This document shows positions 1 to 10,952 of a stretch of DNA of 64,000 nucleotides, in pieces. The position numbers and the translations under genes were made by a program. This stretch comes from Nitrosopumilaceae archaeon (lineage in GTDB: Archaea; Thermoproteota; Nitrososphaeria; Nitrososphaerales; Nitrosopumilaceae): positions 1,491-65,490 of the forward strand of contig JBFIPZ010000001.1 of the NCBI GenBank assembly GCA_041609855.1. The letters run 5' to 3'. The notes under the pieces are model-generated. The model ran no database searches and was not told the DNA's origin. It saw only the letters and a list, made by a program, of their open reading frames with translations. Numbering within the stretch: the stretch's first letter is position 1; every line of letters starts with the position of its first letter.

Positions 1-160
1 CATTGTTTTCTTCTTTAATTTTATTTTCAAGATCTGCAAGTCTATCTGTTCTTCTTGCGCCTATGGCAACTTTAGCACCAGCTTTTGAAAGAGCCAGTGC
101 AGTGGCGTAGCCTATACCACTACTTGCTCCAGTAATTATTGCCACTTTATCTTTAATCAT
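1..160 (-). CDS. short-chain dehydrogenase/reductase, N-terminal part (gene runs off the window start)
   Basis: Reverse translation from the ATG (cat at 158-160) reads [37 protein letters not shown]. This contains the TGxxxGxG Rossmann motif of classical SDRs. The frame stays open to position 1. Confidence 0.7.
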   Translation of the reverse strand, partial: MIKDKVAIITGASSGIGYATALALSKAGAKVAIGARRTDRLADLENKIKEENN

Positions 161-274
161 TAAAATTCACTTATCATCCTTGAATGAGTAAGGCGTAAAA
201 ATGTTTTTGTAAATTTTACACAAAAATGCGATAAAACTAACAGGTTTATTAGAATTAAATTATTTAGATAAATT

Positions 275-502
275 ATGAAGCCCGAAAATTGTGCGTATTG
301 TGGAGATATGACTGATATGCCCTTTCATTGTAGTTATTGTAAGGATCCATTTTGTTCAGAGCATAGACTTCCTGAAGAGCACAGATGTGTCAAACTTACT
401 TTAATTCGAGCAAAAAAATTTGGAGAAAAAAAAGTAATAAGAGATGGTAATGTTGGTAGGCAAAATCCTTTCAAAAAATTTTTTAGAAAGTTTAAGGGTT
501 GA
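275..502 (+). CDS. AN1-type zinc-finger protein
   Basis: The Cys/His spacing CAYCG...FHCSYCKDPFCSEHRLPEEHRC matches the AN1 zinc-finger pattern. The C-terminal tail is basic. Confidence 0.7.
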   Translation: MKPENCAYCGDMTDMPFHCSYCKDPFCSEHRLPEEHRCVKLTLIRAKKFGEKKVIRDGNVGRQNPFKKFFRKFKG

Positions 503-508
503 ATAATT

Positions 509-838
509 TTAGTATGGACTTTTATCAGGAGAAATTTTTGCACGTTTTCCTTGGTAAATTAGGGCAATAGCTAAGGCAAACATTACTAGTGCAGTTAATG
601 GAAAGTTCTGTGGAGCAGGTAAGATAAACCAGTAATAGATTCCAAATCCAATTGAAACAAGTGCTTGTATCCAGAGTTTAATCCATTTGGGGGCCTTTAC
701 AATTCTGCTTATTCCCTCAACAATGAAAATTCCAATTACTGGGTATATTGTGTAGAATAGAAAATCAATTACATCTACACCTGTATGGGACATATTGTGA
801 AAATATCTAAAAGCGTAATTTCTATCTAATCTTCCCAA
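509..838 (-). CDS. small integral membrane protein, unknown function
   Basis: 109-aa ORF with about three hydrophobic helices. It overlaps the stop of the upstream gene by 13 nt, which suggests an operon. Confidence 0.45.
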   Translation of the reverse strand: MGRLDRNYAFRYFHNMSHTGVDVIDFLFYTIYPVIGIFIVEGISRIVKAPKWIKLWIQALVSIGFGIYYWFILPAPQNFPLTALVMFALAIALIYQGKRAKISPDKSPY

Positions 839-1383
839 TGAATTTTGGTTGCCACCTTTTGTGTGACTAAGGCTTGAGCGTTCTCAAATGGAATAGTTGC
901 AATATCTTCTGCCTTGAAAGGACCATACTTTTCCAAATCAACGCCTACAATTTCATCAACTTCTTTAAGAAATCTCAGAACCACAGTCTTGGTTTTATGT
1001 TTTTGAGAAATGGATTCTAAAAATTTTGATTTTCCATTGATTGTTGCCGAAAGGATCATTTCAATTCTTTCTCTTTTTTGTTCTTCCACATCAAGGATAA
1101 ATTTTTCCTCGTCTAATAGATTCGAAAAATCAGCAAGATCTTGTTTGATTGTTTTTTCAAGTCTAAGGCGAAGTAAAATGGAAGTTAATTCTGAGGCCAT
1201 ATCAACTAGGTTTTGTTTGATTTTACTTTCAATTCCATCAAACTCTTGCTTTTTCAAATTTCCAATAAATTCCGAAACATTTCTATAAAAATTCGTATCA
1301 ATTTCCTGGATTGAATCACTTTCTGTTTCTCTTAGAACAATTCCATGCAATGAGTTGATATCGATTTCATTTAACTCAGACAT
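826..1383 (-). CDS. hypothetical protein, possibly a GINS (Gins51-like) replication subunit
   Basis: 185 aa and helical. The N-terminal pattern (LRETESDSIQEIDTNFYRNVSEFIGNLKK) and the length resemble archaeal GINS subunits. Assigned by resemblance only. Confidence 0.45.
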   Translation of the reverse strand: MSELNEIDINSLHGIVLRETESDSIQEIDTNFYRNVSEFIGNLKKQEFDGIESKIKQNLVDMASELTSILLRLRLEKTIKQDLADFSNLLDEEKFILDVEEQKRERIEMILSATINGKSKFLESISQKHKTKTVVLRFLKEVDEIVGVDLEKYGPFKAEDIATIPFENAQALVTQKVATKIHWED

Positions 1384-1437
1384 TTCTTACCTAATCCTTA
1401 AATGATGGATGTATTTGTGTTAGCTTGAAGTCTAAAA

Positions 1438-2898
1438 TTGCCATATAAAGTGAGTCATGGAAAGGCCCTTCAGGTAACTTACTCACCTGATGAAGTTTTT
1501 GCTAGAATTCAACATGAAGATATTCAATTTATCGACCTTCAGTTTACTGGACTAACAGGCCGCTTTCACCACACAACTATCTCAGCAAATACTTTTACCC
1601 CCGATCAAATGAGAGATGGACTACCAAAATTAGATGGGTCATCAATTATTGGTTTTACAAGTATCGATGATTCTGATCTTTTGTTAAAGCCTGATCCGAG
1701 TACTTTTGCAATAATTCCATGGATGACAGAAAATAAAACTGCACGATTATTGTGCGATGTTTATTGGGGTGGAAATAGAGGAAGGCTTTCGAGAGATCCT
1801 AGAGGAATTTCCCAAAAAGCAGAAGAATATATCAAATCCCAAGGATTTGATTATAGTGCTTGGGGTCCTGAGGTAGAATTTTTTGTGTTTGATAAAATTC
1901 ATTGGGATGTTCTTACTCCTTACAAGGGACAGTCCTATTCCATTGAATCCAAAGAAGCGCCTTGGAGCCAAGAAGGAAGTGGTTATCCTATGGGTCTGCA
2001 AGAAGGATATTATCCCAGTACGCCTTCAGATACTCTTACTCCTTTTAGAAATGAATGTGTAAATATTTTAAATACACATTTTGGAATTTTATGTGACAAT
2101 CATCATCATGAAGTAGCAACGGCCGGACAATGTGAAATTGATATTAAATATGATTATATGACAAATGCAGCCGATGCTGCACAGACTTACAAATATGTAA
2201 TACGAAACATTGCTGCAAAATATGGAAAGGTAGCCACAATGATGCCAAAACCTATTGCAATGGATTCTGGTTCTGGGATGCATGTTAATGTAAGCGTGTG
2301 GAAAGGGAAAGAAAATGTATTTTATGATTCCACTGATGGTGATGAGTTAAGCCAAACAGCTAGATATTTCTGTGGTGGAATTATTAATCACGCAAAAGCA
2401 TTATCAGCAATTTGTAACCCAACTACAAATTCGTATCATAGGTTGGTTCCAGGTTATGAAGCTCCGGCCTATATTGCTTGGAGTGCAGGAAATAGATCAG
2501 CTATTGTTAGGGTTCCAAAACATCTTACTGGGAAAAATTATTCTCATCTGAAACGACTTGAATTTAGAGCACCTGATCCTTCATCTAATCCATATCTTGT
2601 GTTTGCTGCAGTAACCGCAGCTGGGATGGATGGAATAAAGAAAAAAACTGATCCAGGTGAACAAATACTAGATGATATCTTCAAAATGACAAAATCAGAT
2701 AGAAAAAAGAGGGGAATAGGTGTCTTGCCAAAAAGTCTAGGGGAGGCATTAGATGAATTAGAAAGTGATAGAAAGTTCCTAAATCCAATTTTTACAAATG
2801 ACGTTATCGATAAAATTATAGAGTTAGAAAGAAGGGATCAGAGAGAAATTGCCATTCGGCCCCATCCGCATGAATTTTATTTATATTTTGACGTTTAG
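1438..2898 (+). CDS. glnA: glutamine synthetase, type I
   Basis: 486 aa. Typical GS blocks are present: FIDLQFTGLTGRFHH, GPEVEFFVFD, HHHEVATAGQCEI, KPIAMDSGSGMHVN, NSYHRLVPGYEAP and RLEFRAPDPSSNPYL. The ORF track begins at a TTG. Confidence 0.95.
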   Translation: MPYKVSHGKALQVTYSPDEVFARIQHEDIQFIDLQFTGLTGRFHHTTISANTFTPDQMRDGLPKLDGSSIIGFTSIDDSDLLLKPDPSTFAIIPWMTENKTARLLCDVYWGGNRGRLSRDPRGISQKAEEYIKSQGFDYSAWGPEVEFFVFDKIHWDVLTPYKGQSYSIESKEAPWSQEGSGYPMGLQEGYYPSTPSDTLTPFRNECVNILNTHFGILCDNHHHEVATAGQCEIDIKYDYMTNAADAAQTYKYVIRNIAAKYGKVATMMPKPIAMDSGSGMHVNVSVWKGKENVFYDSTDGDELSQTARYFCGGIINHAKALSAICNPTTNSYHRLVPGYEAPAYIAWSAGNRSAIVRVPKHLTGKNYSHLKRLEFRAPDPSSNPYLVFAAVTAAGMDGIKKKTDPGEQILDDIFKMTKSDRKKRGIGVLPKSLGEALDELESDRKFLNPIFTNDVIDKIIELERRDQREIAIRPHPHEFYLYFDV

Positions 2899-2901
2899 GC
2901 T

Positions 2902-3180
2902 TTAAACTCGGCCAGTTATTTGAAAGATTAATGAGAGTGAAACTGCAATAAGAACAAACCCACCGCCAAAATAAATTTCTCGTCTTTTATCTGAAGTTGT
3001 AGATTTATACAATAAAATTCCTCCTCCAAGACCAACAAACAATACTATAACTCCAAAAATAACAATAACAAATGAACCATCTGTAATCAGAGGGTTGAAA
3101 AATCCTGCAAGCAAGGCAAAAAATACAGCAAGATAAAAGTATTTGAAAGCAGAACGTGTTTTTAATATACTTTTACTCAA
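2902..3180 (-). CDS. small membrane protein
   Basis: 92 aa with three predicted TM helices. It fills the gap between glnA and the thermosome gene. Confidence 0.5.
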   Translation of the reverse strand: MSKSILKTRSAFKYFYLAVFFALLAGFFNPLITDGSFVIVIFGVIVLFVGLGGGILLYKSTTSDKRREIYFGGGFVLIAVSLSLIFQITGRV

Positions 3181-3237
3181 TGCAATTTTGAAATCTAATT
3201 ATCAATTAAACTTTTAAAAAAAATCAAATGGAGAATT

Positions 3238-3330
3238 CTACATCATGCCGGGCATTCCGCCCATTCCAGGCATGCCACCCATGCCGGGCATTCCTCCCAT
3301 GCCGCCCATTCCGCCCATATCAGGCATTCC
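3238..3330 (-). repeat. imperfect tandem codon repeat encoding the GGM/PGM tail of the thermosome
   Basis: DNA reads catgccgggcattcc / catgccaccc / catgccgggcattcc and so on. The translation is [31 protein letters not shown]. Confidence 0.8.
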
Positions 3331-4950
3331 GCCTTCACCTCCTGGAGGAGGTCCAGCAGATTTTTGGGTTGCAATTACATCATCAATTCTAAGAATCATA
3401 CATGCTACCTCTGCAGCTGCAGAAACAATTTGGAGTTTTACTGCCAAAGGTTCAATAATATCACTAGATTTCATGTTTGCAATTTTTGCTTTCATGACAT
3501 CAATTCCAGTCCATTTTTCTCCTTTCATCTGTTTAGAACGCAAAACAGTCAATGTGTCTATTGGATCCATTCCAGCATTCTCTGAAAGAGTTAATGGAAT
3601 CGTTTCCAAGGCGTCTGCGAATTTTTCTGCTGCTAATTGTTCTCTTCCTTCTAGAGTTTTTGCCCAGCTTCTTAATTTGGTTGCAGTATAGGTTTCTGGT
3701 GCACCTCCACCTGCTACAATTAAGGGATTTTCGATTACATCTTTAACGACCATTAATGAATCATGAACTGAGCGCTCAACTTCATCCACTACTCTTTGAG
3801 ACCCACCGCGAAGAAGAAGTGTCACAGATTTTGGATGTTTACATCCCTCAATGAAGACCCATTTATCTTCCTCAATTTTTCTCTCTTCAACTAGCTCAGC
3901 ACTTCCAAGATCTTTTTCAAATAAATCATCAAGATTTGTTACAATTCTAGCTGCTGTAGCTCTTCCAAGTTTAGTAAGATCACTTTCCTTAATTCTCCTT
4001 ACTGCAATAATTCCTGCCTTTGCAAGATAATGTTGGGCCATGTCATCAATTCCTTTTTGGCACAAGACCACATTAGCTCCCGAACCAATTACTTTGTCAA
4101 CCATGGTCTTCAGCATTCGATTTTCTTCATCTAAGAAGGACTTCATTTGTTGTGGATTTGAAATATTAATTTTAGCATCTGTCTCAGTTTTATTAATTTC
4201 AAGGGCTGTATTAATTAGGGCAATTTTTGCATCAGTAATTTTTTTTGGCATTCCACCATGAACGATTTCTTTATCGAGAACGATCCCTTGAATAATGGAA
4301 GAATCCTTAATTGAGCCTCCTGCCTTTTTTTCTACTTTAATATCATCAATATCAATTTGGTAATTTTCTCCTTCCCTTTCGGCAACAGAAAGAACAGATT
4401 TTACAACAATATCTGCAAGCTGATCTGAATCTTTTCTTACCAATTTAGTTTGCATTGCTGTTTTTGCAATTTTATTAAGAATTGATTTGTCATTTGCAGT
4501 TACTGATTCTGCGATGTCTTTTAGGTATTGTTTTGCTTTTTTTGCTGCTTTTCTATATCCGTCCACAATTATTGTTGGATGAACGTCTTGGTCAAGTAAC
4601 GATTCAGCTTGTTCCAAAAGAGCACCAGCTAAAACTACAACCGAAGTAGTTCCATCCCCAACTTCATTATCAGTAGTTTTTGAAATTTCTACGAGCATTT
4701 TTGCTGCGGGGTGTTGAACATCAATTTCCTTTAGAATTGTTGCCCCATCATTAGTAATCGTAACGTCTCCAAGTGAATCAACTAACATCTTATCCATACC
4801 TCTGGGTCCAAGGCTAGAATGAACAATTTCCGCAATAATTTTTGATGCGGCTATGTTATTTTTTTGAGCGTCTCTTCCTTTAGTTTCAGATCCACCCTCT
4901 TTTAACAATACTACTGGCATAGTTCCTTTGGAAGTTGCTTGCATACCCAT
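3238..4950 (-). CDS. ths: thermosome (group II chaperonin) subunit
   Basis: 570 aa. Contains [33 protein letters not shown] and VAGGGAPE, plus a C-terminal GGM-repeat tail. Confidence 0.95.
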   Translation of the reverse strand: MGMQATSKGTMPVVLLKEGGSETKGRDAQKNNIAASKIIAEIVHSSLGPRGMDKMLVDSLGDVTITNDGATILKEIDVQHPAAKMLVEISKTTDNEVGDGTTSVVVLAGALLEQAESLLDQDVHPTIIVDGYRKAAKKAKQYLKDIAESVTANDKSILNKIAKTAMQTKLVRKDSDQLADIVVKSVLSVAEREGENYQIDIDDIKVEKKAGGSIKDSSIIQGIVLDKEIVHGGMPKKITDAKIALINTALEINKTETDAKINISNPQQMKSFLDEENRMLKTMVDKVIGSGANVVLCQKGIDDMAQHYLAKAGIIAVRRIKESDLTKLGRATAARIVTNLDDLFEKDLGSAELVEERKIEEDKWVFIEGCKHPKSVTLLLRGGSQRVVDEVERSVHDSLMVVKDVIENPLIVAGGGAPETYTATKLRSWAKTLEGREQLAAEKFADALETIPLTLSENAGMDPIDTLTVLRSKQMKGEKWTGIDVMKAKIANMKSSDIIEPLAVKLQIVSAAAEVACMILRIDDVIATQKSAGPPPGGEGGMPDMGGMGGMGGMPGMGGMPGMGGMPGMM

Positions 4951-5053
4951 AGAAAGAAAAACTTCTGATTCCCCTTTTATACCTTGCAGATAATTGATTA
5001 TTTTTGAGATCTAGAATCGGTGTTTTTAAATTGGGAAAATTAATTCGCAGGTC

Positions 5054-6376
5054 ATGGCAAAATCTCCTTACAAAGAATCTTATGATAAAATTTTCTCAAA
5101 ATTAAAGGAACATCACAAGTGGTTTGAAAATTCTATTCCATTAATTGCCAGTGAAAATGTCCCTAGTCCTGCAGTTCGTGAAGCAATTATTTCAGATTTT
5201 GGTAATAGATATGCAGAGGGCTGGCCCGGGGAGAGAGTCTATGCAGGTTGTGTCTACATAGATGATGTAGAGTTTGAATGCATGAAACTTGCAAAAAAAC
5301 TGTATAAGGCTAAATTTGCAGATGTAAGACCAATTTCAGGAGTAGTTGCTAATCTAGCCATATATTCAGCTTTTTCGGATCCAGGGGATATTATGTTAGC
5401 TCCTTCTATTCCAGCTGGGGGTCACATCTCCCATGGAAAAAAAGAGCATTCTGGAACTGCGGGGTTGGTTCATGGTTTAGAAATTGAATTTTATCCATTT
5501 AATGCCGAAGAGATGACTATTGATGTAGATAAGACAAAAGAAAAAATCAAAGAATTAGAGAAAAACGGTCGGCTTCCAAAAATAGCAATGTTTGGGGGAT
5601 CCTTGTTTTTGTTTCCACATCCAGTAAAGGAACTTGCGGAATTTTTGAAAAGTTATAATATTCATATTAATTACGATGCAGCGCATGTTGCAGGCTTGAT
5701 TGCTGGAGGTAAATTCCAAGATCCATTACGAGAAGGAGCAGATACAATGACTATGAGTACGCATAAAACTTTGTTTGGTCCTCAAGGTGGACTTGTATTA
5801 GGTTCTACAGAACATGAAGAGAAGATCAAAAAGGCAATGTTCCCTGGCCTGACAAGTAGTCATCACATTCATCATATGGCAGGAAAAGCAATAGCCTTCG
5901 CCGAAGCACTAGAATTTGGAAAGGATTATGCAAGTCAAATAATTAAAAATGCAAAAGCATTAGGTGAGGCATTAAGTAATTTCGGTTTCAAAGTTTTAGG
6001 TGAAAGTAAAGGATTTACTCAATCTCATCAAATTGCAGTAAATGTTCTTGATTATTCAGATGGGGGTAAAGTTGAGGCGGAGTTAGAAAAGGCTAACATA
6101 ATAGTAAATAGGCAATTAATTCCAGGAGACATTAAAGCAGGTCGGAATTATTTTCATCCAGGTGGAATTAGGTTAGGAGTAGCTGAGATAACAAGAATTG
6201 GAATGAAACAAGAGGAGATGAAGGAAATCGCATTCTTTATCAAAGAAATTGTAATAGGAAAAAAAGATCCTAAGAAAATACTACCAAAGATTAAAGCATT
6301 CAGAAGGGATTATCAAAAGGTTCAATATTGTTTTGATAAAAAATTAGGAGCATATGAATACGTCAAATTAAGATAG
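5054..6376 (+). CDS. glyA: serine hydroxymethyltransferase
   Basis: 440 aa. Contains LIASENVPSPAVREA, GNRYAEGWPG and the PLP-lysine block MSTHKTLFGPQGG. Confidence 0.95.
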   Translation: MAKSPYKESYDKIFSKLKEHHKWFENSIPLIASENVPSPAVREAIISDFGNRYAEGWPGERVYAGCVYIDDVEFECMKLAKKLYKAKFADVRPISGVVANLAIYSAFSDPGDIMLAPSIPAGGHISHGKKEHSGTAGLVHGLEIEFYPFNAEEMTIDVDKTKEKIKELEKNGRLPKIAMFGGSLFLFPHPVKELAEFLKSYNIHINYDAAHVAGLIAGGKFQDPLREGADTMTMSTHKTLFGPQGGLVLGSTEHEEKIKKAMFPGLTSSHHIHHMAGKAIAFAEALEFGKDYASQIIKNAKALGEALSNFGFKVLGESKGFTQSHQIAVNVLDYSDGGKVEAELEKANIIVNRQLIPGDIKAGRNYFHPGGIRLGVAEITRIGMKQEEMKEIAFFIKEIVIGKKDPKKILPKIKAFRRDYQKVQYCFDKKLGAYEYVKLR

Positions 6377-6381
6377 AAAAA

Positions 6382-9300
6382 TTAAGACGCATAATCCGTA
6401 AGTAGGGACTGATCTCCTTTATTCTTTCCAAAAACTAGGTCAATTTCATCAGATAACGCATGAATTCGTCCTTTCTGATATTGGCCAACATCGTAATTAT
6501 CTACCAATCTTTTTGCAAGTTTTAGATATTTTTCTACAGATCCCCGAGTTATAGTTTGAATTAGTTTGTGACCACAAACACAGTTTTGAATTAAAGGAAT
6601 ACGGCGGTAAGTTTTTCCACATGCTGTGCATCGGAAACTTTGCCTTGCGTATGCACGAAGATTTCCCATAATATCTGGAACTAGATGAGTAGAGATTACA
6701 TTTGAAACAATTTCTGATGTATCCACTGCATCAATCATATCGGCATTTCGGATTTGCATATCAAGTTTATCCAACATGGAACCCAGTGTGGAATATGCGC
6801 TTCGTGATTTTGAGGTAGTAAGAGAGGAGGTAGTGTGAGTAAAATAATAATCATAAAATTGTCTTTCAGTCTCTAGTCTGGATTCTATAATTTCAATTGA
6901 GTTCACTGTTGAAGCCGGGTTTTGCTGAAGAGTTGATTTAAAAAATTCTAGAGGAAATGATTTGGTAACTTCCAAGTTGTGAGCCTGTGGTTGGGATTCA
7001 TGTGGTAAAACCACGGGTTGTATAAGTAATGGAGCATCCATTAAACCCCCAATCCTATCTGAAAGAAATTGTCTTGAAAAATTTAGAAGGCTATCCATTA
7101 GTAGCATTATCGAGTCTGCGTCTCCATCAGCATCTCTTCGTTTTGCTGAATGCCAGTTTGGAGTTGCAAAACAAACATGTGTCTCCGTAAAACCTATGAC
7201 TCTTCCCACAATCCCTACAGATGTGTGAGGAGCTAATCCGATTATTAAATGCCCAATCAACTCTTCAGTTTTTTTTACATTGTAAAAAGGGTGATTACCA
7301 TAGAATTTTTCCATTAGAGAATCAATGTATTTACAGGTTGAAACTAGATACCTTCCACTTTCATAAGGAATTATAACATCTTGCATTCGGATTTCTATAA
7401 TCTGTTCGGGGTTTGTTATTGGCTTTCCATCAATATCATTGGTGTACCCCAATTCTTTGAGTTTTTCAATACTTGTTCCAATCCATGCAGGTTTGAATTG
7501 AGTTATGGGTGAATTCGTAGCATCAAACCTAATAGTGCCGTCTTTGAAGGTAGTTAGGTCATAATGTTGTCTAACCAGTCCCTTCTCAATAGGTTCGGCA
7601 ATTCTATCTTGGTTTATTAGCTCTTTTACACCCTTCAAAGGTTCTTGTGCTCGGAAACCCATTTTTTCTTGTGCTCTAAGCAATTTTTCCTTTAAGGGAA
7701 ATGCTTTGTAGGAGTGAGAAGAGGTTTTCCTTTTACATTTTTCACAATAGGTCGAATCTAGAATTTCTCTACAATTTGAGCATTGGTATGTTATGGATGT
7801 TTTTATGCCACATTTTGAGCATTTTATTCCAATGGAAGGTTCGCCACAATTATTACATTGACGATTAAAAATATTTGTAAAGAAATTATCATATCTTGAA
7901 GCCTTTAGAAGATCTCTTGTGGGTCCTCCTTTATCACTAATAGGAAATAAAACATGAGTTGGTGGTTTCATTTGCCTGGCTGCTGCCTTTTCTGGCCTTC
8001 CTATTCTAACCCCAATTGATGTAGAAGACTTGTTTCGTATTGGAATTCCAGAAGATTTTGAAATTATTTTTGGAACAGATGAATCGTTAATAATCAATGG
8101 ATTTCGATAGAGTAAATTATAGAAAATTTTTGCTTCATTTTTTTCAAGAACAAGAGAGTCTTTTTGTAGATGTGGTACCCCTAATTTTTCAAGAATTTTT
8201 TTAACATTTAATGAAAATTCTATAGAGTCTTCATTGACTTTTTTAGGATGTAAAATTTGGGATAGTTCTAAGGGAGAAATTTGATCCCAAAAATAAAGAA
8301 ATTTAGGATATAATGGGATTTGAAAATCTAATGAAATTTTTAGGGCTTCATCTAAATTAGGTTTTCTTGTTATAAATTGACTCAAAAATTTATCATTAGG
8401 CTCATATTTTTCTAATTTTTCTTTTAATTCGGAAATCCAATATTCCTCAACATATCCTGTTGGTACTAACTGAGCATTATTTTCCAAGAAATCTCCAAAT
8501 GAAATTAGAATATCTCCCAGATGTAGAATTTTTTTAATTTCCTTTTTAATTTCAATTCCATGTAAAACATCCTTAATTTTTACCACGTTTCCATTCTTTA
8601 GACAAACGATTGGGGTTTCGATTGAATCAACAAATGCCACTGTGGCCCCTTTTCCAGGAATATCTATTTTGATTTGAGTTCCAACTGCAATAGTATGGTC
8701 TAAAATTTCTGCGACTACGGGATGAATTCCTACAGCAGCAAAGCCTGTATTACAAGCACGGCCATATCTTAACCTAAACCCTCCCAATTTATTAGGCATA
8801 GATAAAACCGAACGGCCTGTAATTACCTCACGCATCCTTTTGGCAGATGCATCTTCTTGTTTGTCTCCTGTCTGGATGGCTCCTTTAAGATCAGCAAGCC
8901 ACTCCCAACCATCAAGATTATAGAGTTCAATTCTTTGGAGGAGTTTTTTTGCCCTCCCAATCAATCCATCATTTAAAACCCTTAAAGCTCCACCTCTAAC
9001 TCTATCTGTTTTGATTCTTGTCATTCCTTTATGATTGACAACTTCATATGGGTCGGTATCCACACCATCAAGTTCTACTGGAAGGTTTGAGATCACTCGA
9101 ATAATATCCTCATCTAAAATATGAAATTGAAAGTTTCCAGCCTCTCTTTCATAGATTCGTAGTTCTTCAACGAATCGTCCAGTTTCATCATCAAAAGAAT
9201 CAGCTTGGAATTTTGAAAGCCCAACTGCTTTGCGTACGTGATCTGCAATTAACATTGTAACTGCAGATTCCGTTCCACCAGCAGATCTCATAGGTCCCGC

Positions 9301-9759
9301 AATTGATACTGAGAGGTATTCTGTTCCATCTTTGTTTTTCTTTATTTTTACTTCACTTATTCCCTGAAGTGGAGCAATTGTCACACCTTCTGTAACTATA
9401 GCCAATCCCACCCTAACTGCTAAATCTAGTTTTTCCTCCAAAGGGGCATTAGAGATAGAATACTTTCCTAAGGCTATTTCTTTTGAGATAATCAATGCAG
9501 AAAGCTCTTTTCCATTAATTTTTAGTAATTCTCGTAATGGTTCAGAAATATCAATTTCATGCATTTTAGCAACCCTATCGGCTAGGTCAAATGCGATTTT
9601 AGGCTCAATGATTCCAGAGGAATCAACCAGACTTGATTTGGCTTTTGCTGCACTCTCAAAAATTTGAAAGGTTTGATTAGAAAGATCGGAATAGTAATTT
9701 CTGTAATAGTTGGGCATTTTTATTTCTCGTAAACGAGAAACGGCTTTATTTTCGGACAT
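6382..9759 (-). CDS. polC: DNA polymerase D (Pol II) large subunit DP2
   Basis: 1125 aa. The N-terminal YYRNYYSDL region is present, with internal zinc clusters (CNNCGEPSIGIKCSKCG, CSNCREILDSTYCEKCK) and a C-terminal zinc finger CTACGKTYRRIPLIQNCVCGHKL. The length leaves no room for an intein. Confidence 0.93.
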   Translation of the reverse strand: MSENKAVSRLREIKMPNYYRNYYSDLSNQTFQIFESAAKAKSSLVDSSGIIEPKIAFDLADRVAKMHEIDISEPLRELLKINGKELSALIISKEIALGKYSISNAPLEEKLDLAVRVGLAIVTEGVTIAPLQGISEVKIKKNKDGTEYLSVSIAGPMRSAGGTESAVTMLIADHVRKAVGLSKFQADSFDDETGRFVEELRIYEREAGNFQFHILDEDIIRVISNLPVELDGVDTDPYEVVNHKGMTRIKTDRVRGGALRVLNDGLIGRAKKLLQRIELYNLDGWEWLADLKGAIQTGDKQEDASAKRMREVITGRSVLSMPNKLGGFRLRYGRACNTGFAAVGIHPVVAEILDHTIAVGTQIKIDIPGKGATVAFVDSIETPIVCLKNGNVVKIKDVLHGIEIKKEIKKILHLGDILISFGDFLENNAQLVPTGYVEEYWISELKEKLEKYEPNDKFLSQFITRKPNLDEALKISLDFQIPLYPKFLYFWDQISPLELSQILHPKKVNEDSIEFSLNVKKILEKLGVPHLQKDSLVLEKNEAKIFYNLLYRNPLIINDSSVPKIISKSSGIPIRNKSSTSIGVRIGRPEKAAARQMKPPTHVLFPISDKGGPTRDLLKASRYDNFFTNIFNRQCNNCGEPSIGIKCSKCGIKTSITYQCSNCREILDSTYCEKCKRKTSSHSYKAFPLKEKLLRAQEKMGFRAQEPLKGVKELINQDRIAEPIEKGLVRQHYDLTTFKDGTIRFDATNSPITQFKPAWIGTSIEKLKELGYTNDIDGKPITNPEQIIEIRMQDVIIPYESGRYLVSTCKYIDSLMEKFYGNHPFYNVKKTEELIGHLIIGLAPHTSVGIVGRVIGFTETHVCFATPNWHSAKRRDADGDADSIMLLMDSLLNFSRQFLSDRIGGLMDAPLLIQPVVLPHESQPQAHNLEVTKSFPLEFFKSTLQQNPASTVNSIEIIESRLETERQFYDYYFTHTTSSLTTSKSRSAYSTLGSMLDKLDMQIRNADMIDAVDTSEIVSNVISTHLVPDIMGNLRAYARQSFRCTACGKTYRRIPLIQNCVCGHKLIQTITRGSVEKYLKLAKRLVDNYDVGQYQKGRIHALSDEIDLVFGKNKGDQSLLTDYAS

Positions 9760-9771
9760 TATTTTATCTTA

Positions 9772-10524
9772 TTATTTGGTTTTTTGAATTGTTTTAGCAA
9801 TTTCTGATAGTTTTTTAATACTTCCTCCTTTCTCTAGAAAAGTACCAATTACCAATGCATCGGCTCCTGCTTTGACTAAATCTTTGGCGGTTTTGGTATT
9901 TTTAATTCCACCCCCAACAATCAGGAATCCATTAAATGCTGCTCTAACAGTTTTTATCATTTCAGGAGTCACAGTTGATTTAGCCCCAGAGCCGGCTTCT
10001 AAATAGACAAATCTCATTCCCAGAAATTGAGCTGCAAGAGCGTAGGCTGCTGCGATCTTAGGTTTTTCAAACGGAATTCCACGTGCGGAGCCTATAAACC
10101 AAGCAGAGGTTCCTTCACCTATTACCAGATAGGCAGTAGGAAGGGGTTCTAACCCAAATTTTAGGACGTTAGGTGCCCCAAGGGCTTGTGCTTGTGTAAT
10201 AAAATATGGGTTTTCAGAATTCATTAAGGAACTAAATAGAATTGCATCAGCCTCTGGAACAACTCCGGTAATATTTCCTGGAAATAGGATAATGGGGATT
10301 TTAATTCCTTTTTTAATGCCTTTGACTACCTTAGCCATTTCAATTTGGTCTAAAGCAGATGATCCACCAACAAGAATTGCTGAGGCTCCAATTTTTTCTG
10401 CGTTCTTTGCCAATTTTTTTGAGGATTCTAAATTGGAAACTTCAGAATCTATTAACACAAATAATAATGCATTTTTCTGTTTTAATTCAGATTTTAAAAA
10501 TAATTCTACTTTATTTCCAGCCAT
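9772..10524 (-). CDS. geranylgeranylglyceryl phosphate synthase (PcrB/GGGPS family)
   Basis: 250 aa TIM-barrel pattern: LFVLIDSE, ILVGGS, VYLEAGSGA and IVGGGIK. Confidence 0.85.
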   Translation of the reverse strand: MAGNKVELFLKSELKQKNALLFVLIDSEVSNLESSKKLAKNAEKIGASAILVGGSSALDQIEMAKVVKGIKKGIKIPIILFPGNITGVVPEADAILFSSLMNSENPYFITQAQALGAPNVLKFGLEPLPTAYLVIGEGTSAWFIGSARGIPFEKPKIAAAYALAAQFLGMRFVYLEAGSGAKSTVTPEMIKTVRAAFNGFLIVGGGIKNTKTAKDLVKAGADALVIGTFLEKGGSIKKLSEIAKTIQKTK

Positions 10525-10589
10525 GAAATGAGTTTGTGGTTGATACTTTAAAGTTTAATTGGAATGGCAGTATACATATCTGTATAGCT

Positions 10590-10952
10590 ATGTCGGAGTC
10601 TAACTATTCCAATTTTAACAATATTATTAGAAAAATTATCAAAAAATCATTATTTACAGAGCGACAAATTGAAATTATTTTAAATCAGAAAGATCTTCTT
10701 GAAACCAAATTTACTATATCAAAAGGTGCCTATTATAGGCAAGTTAGTCAATCAAGAGAGAAGTTAATCTCTTTATTTTATTCAATAATTATTTTACGTG
10801 GTCTAGGCATAATTTTGCCTGATGATATTGATGTGATTTCAAAACTTTCCGAACAGATTAATGTGATAATGGATAGTGATGTTTTTCCTGAAAGAGAAGA
10901 TGATGTGATAAATGTTATTGATAGGGTAATACGTCAGACATGTAATTTGTGA
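10590..10952 (+). CDS. hypothetical small protein, possible HTH
   Basis: The ORF track starts at GTG 10536. The first ATG at 10590 (MSESNYSNF) is the more plausible start. The segment LFTERQIEIILNQKDL...ISKGAYYRQVSQSREKL resembles a sigma-70 region-4/LuxR-like HTH. The call is weak. Confidence 0.4.
   Translation: MSESNYSNFNNIIRKIIKKSLFTERQIEIILNQKDLLETKFTISKGAYYRQVSQSREKLISLFYSIIILRGLGIILPDDIDVISKLSEQINVIMDSDVFPEREDDVINVIDRVIRQTCNL

Noticed and set aside
3245-3691. 148-aa plus-strand ORF with a Pro-rich repeat ([15 protein letters not shown]...)
   Set aside because: It is the antisense reading of the thermosome GGM tail and C-terminal domain. The thermosome frame is unambiguous.
6382-9759. 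Intein in PolD DP2 (also considered for Cdc48 and Orc1)
   Set aside because: The protein lengths are those of intein-free homologues. I saw no intein splice-junction blocks or homing-endonuclease motifs.
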